DNA of 64,000 bases from Cladosporium halotolerans (lineage: Eukaryota). Shown piece by piece: positions 60,938-64,000 of the stretch. The position numbers and the translations under genes are program-made. The notes beneath the pieces were generated by a model. That model searched no databases, was not told the DNA's origin, and was given only the letters and a program-made list of their open reading frames with translations. The stretch lies in assembly GCF_011745625.1 (NCBI RefSeq), contig NW_027191452.1, forward strand, positions 1,054,001-1,118,000. Reading direction: 5' to 3'. Positions within the stretch are counted from its first letter, which is position 1. Each line of letters opens with the position of its first letter.

Positions 60938-62670
60938 ATGTTCGGCATGGCGAACCTCCAGGGCAAGGCCCTCTACAAGACCATGAGCGCGGCTTGCGGC
61001 GCAGCTTTCATGTTCGTTCATGGTTGCTTTTCGGTAGTAATCATTAACGATGCTGACATTGACTTAGGCTCTATGGCTACGACGCCGGTGTTCTCGGAGG
61101 CTTTCAAGAAACACCACAATTTCGTGAGGCCATTGGTAACCCGGAAGGCGCCTTCACGATTCCGCTCATTGCATCATCATACAACCTGGCTGCTGGTGTG
61201 ATGTCTTTGTGCACTTCATTCTTCGCAATGCAGCTGGGTCGGAAAGGCACCATCCTCCTCGGCAACTTCCTTATTTGCGTCGGAGCCGTTCTCCAAGCAT
61301 CCTCTTACTCGGTCCCTCACATCCTCGTCGGCCGCATCGTCACTGGTGCGGGCATCGGCTGCATCGCAAGTTCGGTTCCCACGTACATGGCTGAGATGTC
61401 GCTCGAGGCCGGCGAGCGTGGTCCAGAAGTTTCCTACCAGCTGGCTCTCCTGATCTCAGGTGTTGCCCTTGCCTACTGGATCGATCTGGGCTTCGTGCAA
61501 GGCCTCGAGGAGCACCCCTGGCTGTGGAGAATTCCTCTCGCCATGCAGAGCTGTTTCGCCATTTTCTCGACCGCTTTGTTGTGCTTCCTCCCAGATACCC
61601 CCAGATGGTACTACGCGCGCAATCGCTTTGACGAGGCCGATAGATGCCTTGCGAGACTCCACGCGTTGCCTGTTGAGCACGAGCTTGTGCAGCAGCAAAG
61701 AGAGGAAGTCCTTGCATCGCTCAAAGAAGAAGAGAGCGACTCCAGCTCCTTCAACTTCTGGCTTTTGTTCTGGGATAACTCTGAGCTTCAATTCGGCAGG
61801 CGTCTTCGAACTTCTTTCCTCATTCTGTGGGCTCAGCAATTCTTGGTGAGTTGATTGCCTCGTCCGCCGGGTAAATCGAGCAACGATGCTAACGCACACG
61901 GCGATTAGGGTATCAACATGCTCGTCTACTTCTCAACCCAGATCTTCTCCAACCTCGGCTACTCGCCCATGCTTTCCGGCGTCCTCGCAGGCGTCATGAA
62001 CACGATCTTCGCCATCGCCTCGTTCCCGCCCATCTGGTTCATCGAGAAGCTCGGCCGCCGCCCCATGATGTTCTGGTGCGCGCTGGGCTGCGGCGTCAGC
62101 ATGATCATCTACGTCGGCCTGACCACCGTCGCGAACCCCACCACCGCCACCAACTGGGCCGCCGTCGCCTTCATCATCCTCTACAACGTCGTCTTCGCCT
62201 TCGGCTGGCTCGGCACCTGCTGGATCTACGGTACGCTCTCCCTCCCAACCACCCCACCCCCCAAACCCTCAAATCTAACGCATCCCTTTCCAGGCCCCGA
62301 AATCGCCCCCCTCCGCTACCGCCACGTCGCCGGCAGCCTCGGCGCGGCCGGCGAATGGTTCTCGACCTGGGTCATGGTCTTCGGCGGCGGCACTGGCATC
62401 GCGGCCGTCGGCCCCAAGATCTTCATCTGGCCGCTGGTCTGCTGTTTCCTCGCGGCCGCCTACGTCTGGTACTACTGCCCCGAGACGACGGGCCGCACGC
62501 TCGAGGAGATCGACGTGCTGTTCGCGAAGCCGGGCCCGCACCGCGAGGCGCTGGAGCGCGCGGCGGCGGAGAGCGCGAGCAGGCGCGGCTCGGTGAATAG
62601 TGGGAGAGGAGTGTTTGAGAAGGCGGGCGCGGAGCAAATTGAGACGAAGCGGGAAAAAGAGGTGTTGTAG
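60938..62670 (+). CDS. MFS sugar porter (STL1-like), multi-exon
   Basis: YGYDAGV, LGRK, GRIVTGAG, PTYMAE, PDTPRW, QQFLGIN, EKLGRR, PETTGRTLEEID. Confidence 0.9.
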
Positions 62671-63139
62671 ATGGTGGGGATGGAGAAGGTTGGATGGGAG
62701 AAGTGACAGCTTGGCTTGAGAGACTTTGGACGAGCTACTGTCAATGTGAACATATTGCCAACGCAGATGTGTTCAAGTGATTGTCCAGTCTAATGTCGCC
62801 CTGTTGTTAGCTGATGTGCGGTTGGAGTTTTGAGAGATGTGTGTAGTCGACCACAGTGTCTATGACCGATTGAATCCGTTGAGGCCAGAAGTAAACTTTA
62901 GTGAGCCCGCAACTACAGGACACCTTCGCCCGCGTGAGAAGTCGCATCCTTTCAAAAAGCAACACAAAAGGCAGCCAAAACACAGGCAGAGTAGCGACAT
63001 CGCTTTAATCTTCTTTTCCTTTTTCTTGTTCTCAATTTGTCGTACATGCTAAATGATACACTCATATTCCAGCCCCTCCTCATACGACTTCTTACACCCG
63101 AAACGCCCCAACTCCATTCCCATATCCTCTGCTGAGCTT

Positions 63140-64000
63140 TTACTCTTCAGCAACCCAGCCGTACGCAAGACCAGTCAACAGACCCGCACCAGCCCACAGA
63201 GCAGACCAGCCGAGCGCGCCAACATACTCCGTCCCCTCGATCGTGCCGAACACGCGCACGAGCGTGTTGACAAACGAGCTCAGGACCAAGATCACAGTCC
63301 GCTTGGCCAGGACGCGCGTGCGCGCGCTGAAGCCATCCGCGCCGAAGCCAAGGTTGTACGCGAGGGTCTGGCCGAGCGTGGCGGTCTCGGAGTCGAACTT
63401 CGGCGGCGCGGCGACGGCGTCGAAGGCGCGGAGCAGGCGGTTCGAGGCCGCGACGGCGGGGACGAAGAGGAAGCGCGTGGTCGCGAGGCCGGCGGGCGCG
63501 GCGAGCAGGACCTGCAGCGGCAGGTTCTCGTCGCGCGGCTGGTGCAGGGCGCGCAGGTTGTCGAAGTGCGTCACCATGTAGACGGGGAGCCAGGTGTAGG
63601 CGGAGGTGTAGAGGGTGACGGCGTAGATGGCGGCGCCGAAGACGGTGACGAGGCTCAGGACTTGCCAGTCGCGGACGATCTCGCGCGAGGCGGCTTTGGT
63701 CAGTTTGGCGTCGGTGGGGGAGGCGGAGGCCTGGGTGAAGAGCGCGAAGGGGAGGGCGACGCTGAGGAGGTCCGTCGCGAGCGCGGGCAGGACGGCGTAG
63801 TCGTGCGCGGTGTAGAAGGCATTGAGGAGGTAGTAGAATGGCAAGTTGCTAAGGAGCGTGAGAGCGGTGAGGTCGAGCCCTAGACGGTGTCAGTTGCAAT
63901 GACCAAGCAGTGCGCGCATGTTTCGCGTTTCTCCCGCTTACAGTTGTAGCCAGAAAAGAAGGCGATGAGCAGCGAGACGACCTTCCACGCGACGACGGCG
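63140..64000 (-). CDS. Hypothetical multi-pass membrane protein, 5'-truncated by the window edge
   Basis: Hydrophobic ORF with strong GC3 bias, PPKFDSETATLGQT motif, and an intron near 63880-63941. Confidence 0.7.

Noticed and set aside
1..64000. Transposons, tRNA/rRNA genes, CRISPR arrays, RIP-degraded repeats
   Set aside because: None recognised by eye. tRNAscan-SE, Infernal and a repeat search would be needed to exclude them formally.

Overview
Gene-dense stretch of a filamentous ascomycete genome: short GT-AG introns with CTAAC/CTGAC branch sites and about 30 protein-coding genes. I recognised no RNA genes, transposons or CRISPR arrays. Most genes are housekeeping or metabolic (SEC31, BLOC-1 subunit, PHO91-like, FRG1, Maf, urease, HMG-box, RTG2, several MFS transporters). 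The notable exception is a ~9.4 kb block (16.9-26.2 kb) that looks like a fungal innate-immunity island. It contains a CYTH triphosphatase-like gene and a head-to-head pair of paralogous AIG1/GIMAP-like P-loop GTPases, one membrane-tailed and one fused to SH3 plus a repeat domain. It also contains a 56-aa spliced Cys/His microprotein that the ORF track misses, and an intact viperin (RSAD2) transcribed divergently from an atypical NMP kinase, mirroring the vertebrate RSAD2-CMPK2 arrangement. A second point of interest is a secreted GH31 enzyme that retains the sulfoquinovosidase QQRWY-type residues and sits beside transporters and an SDR. Gene boundaries and introns were read by eye, and family assignments come from recalled motifs, not from database searches.
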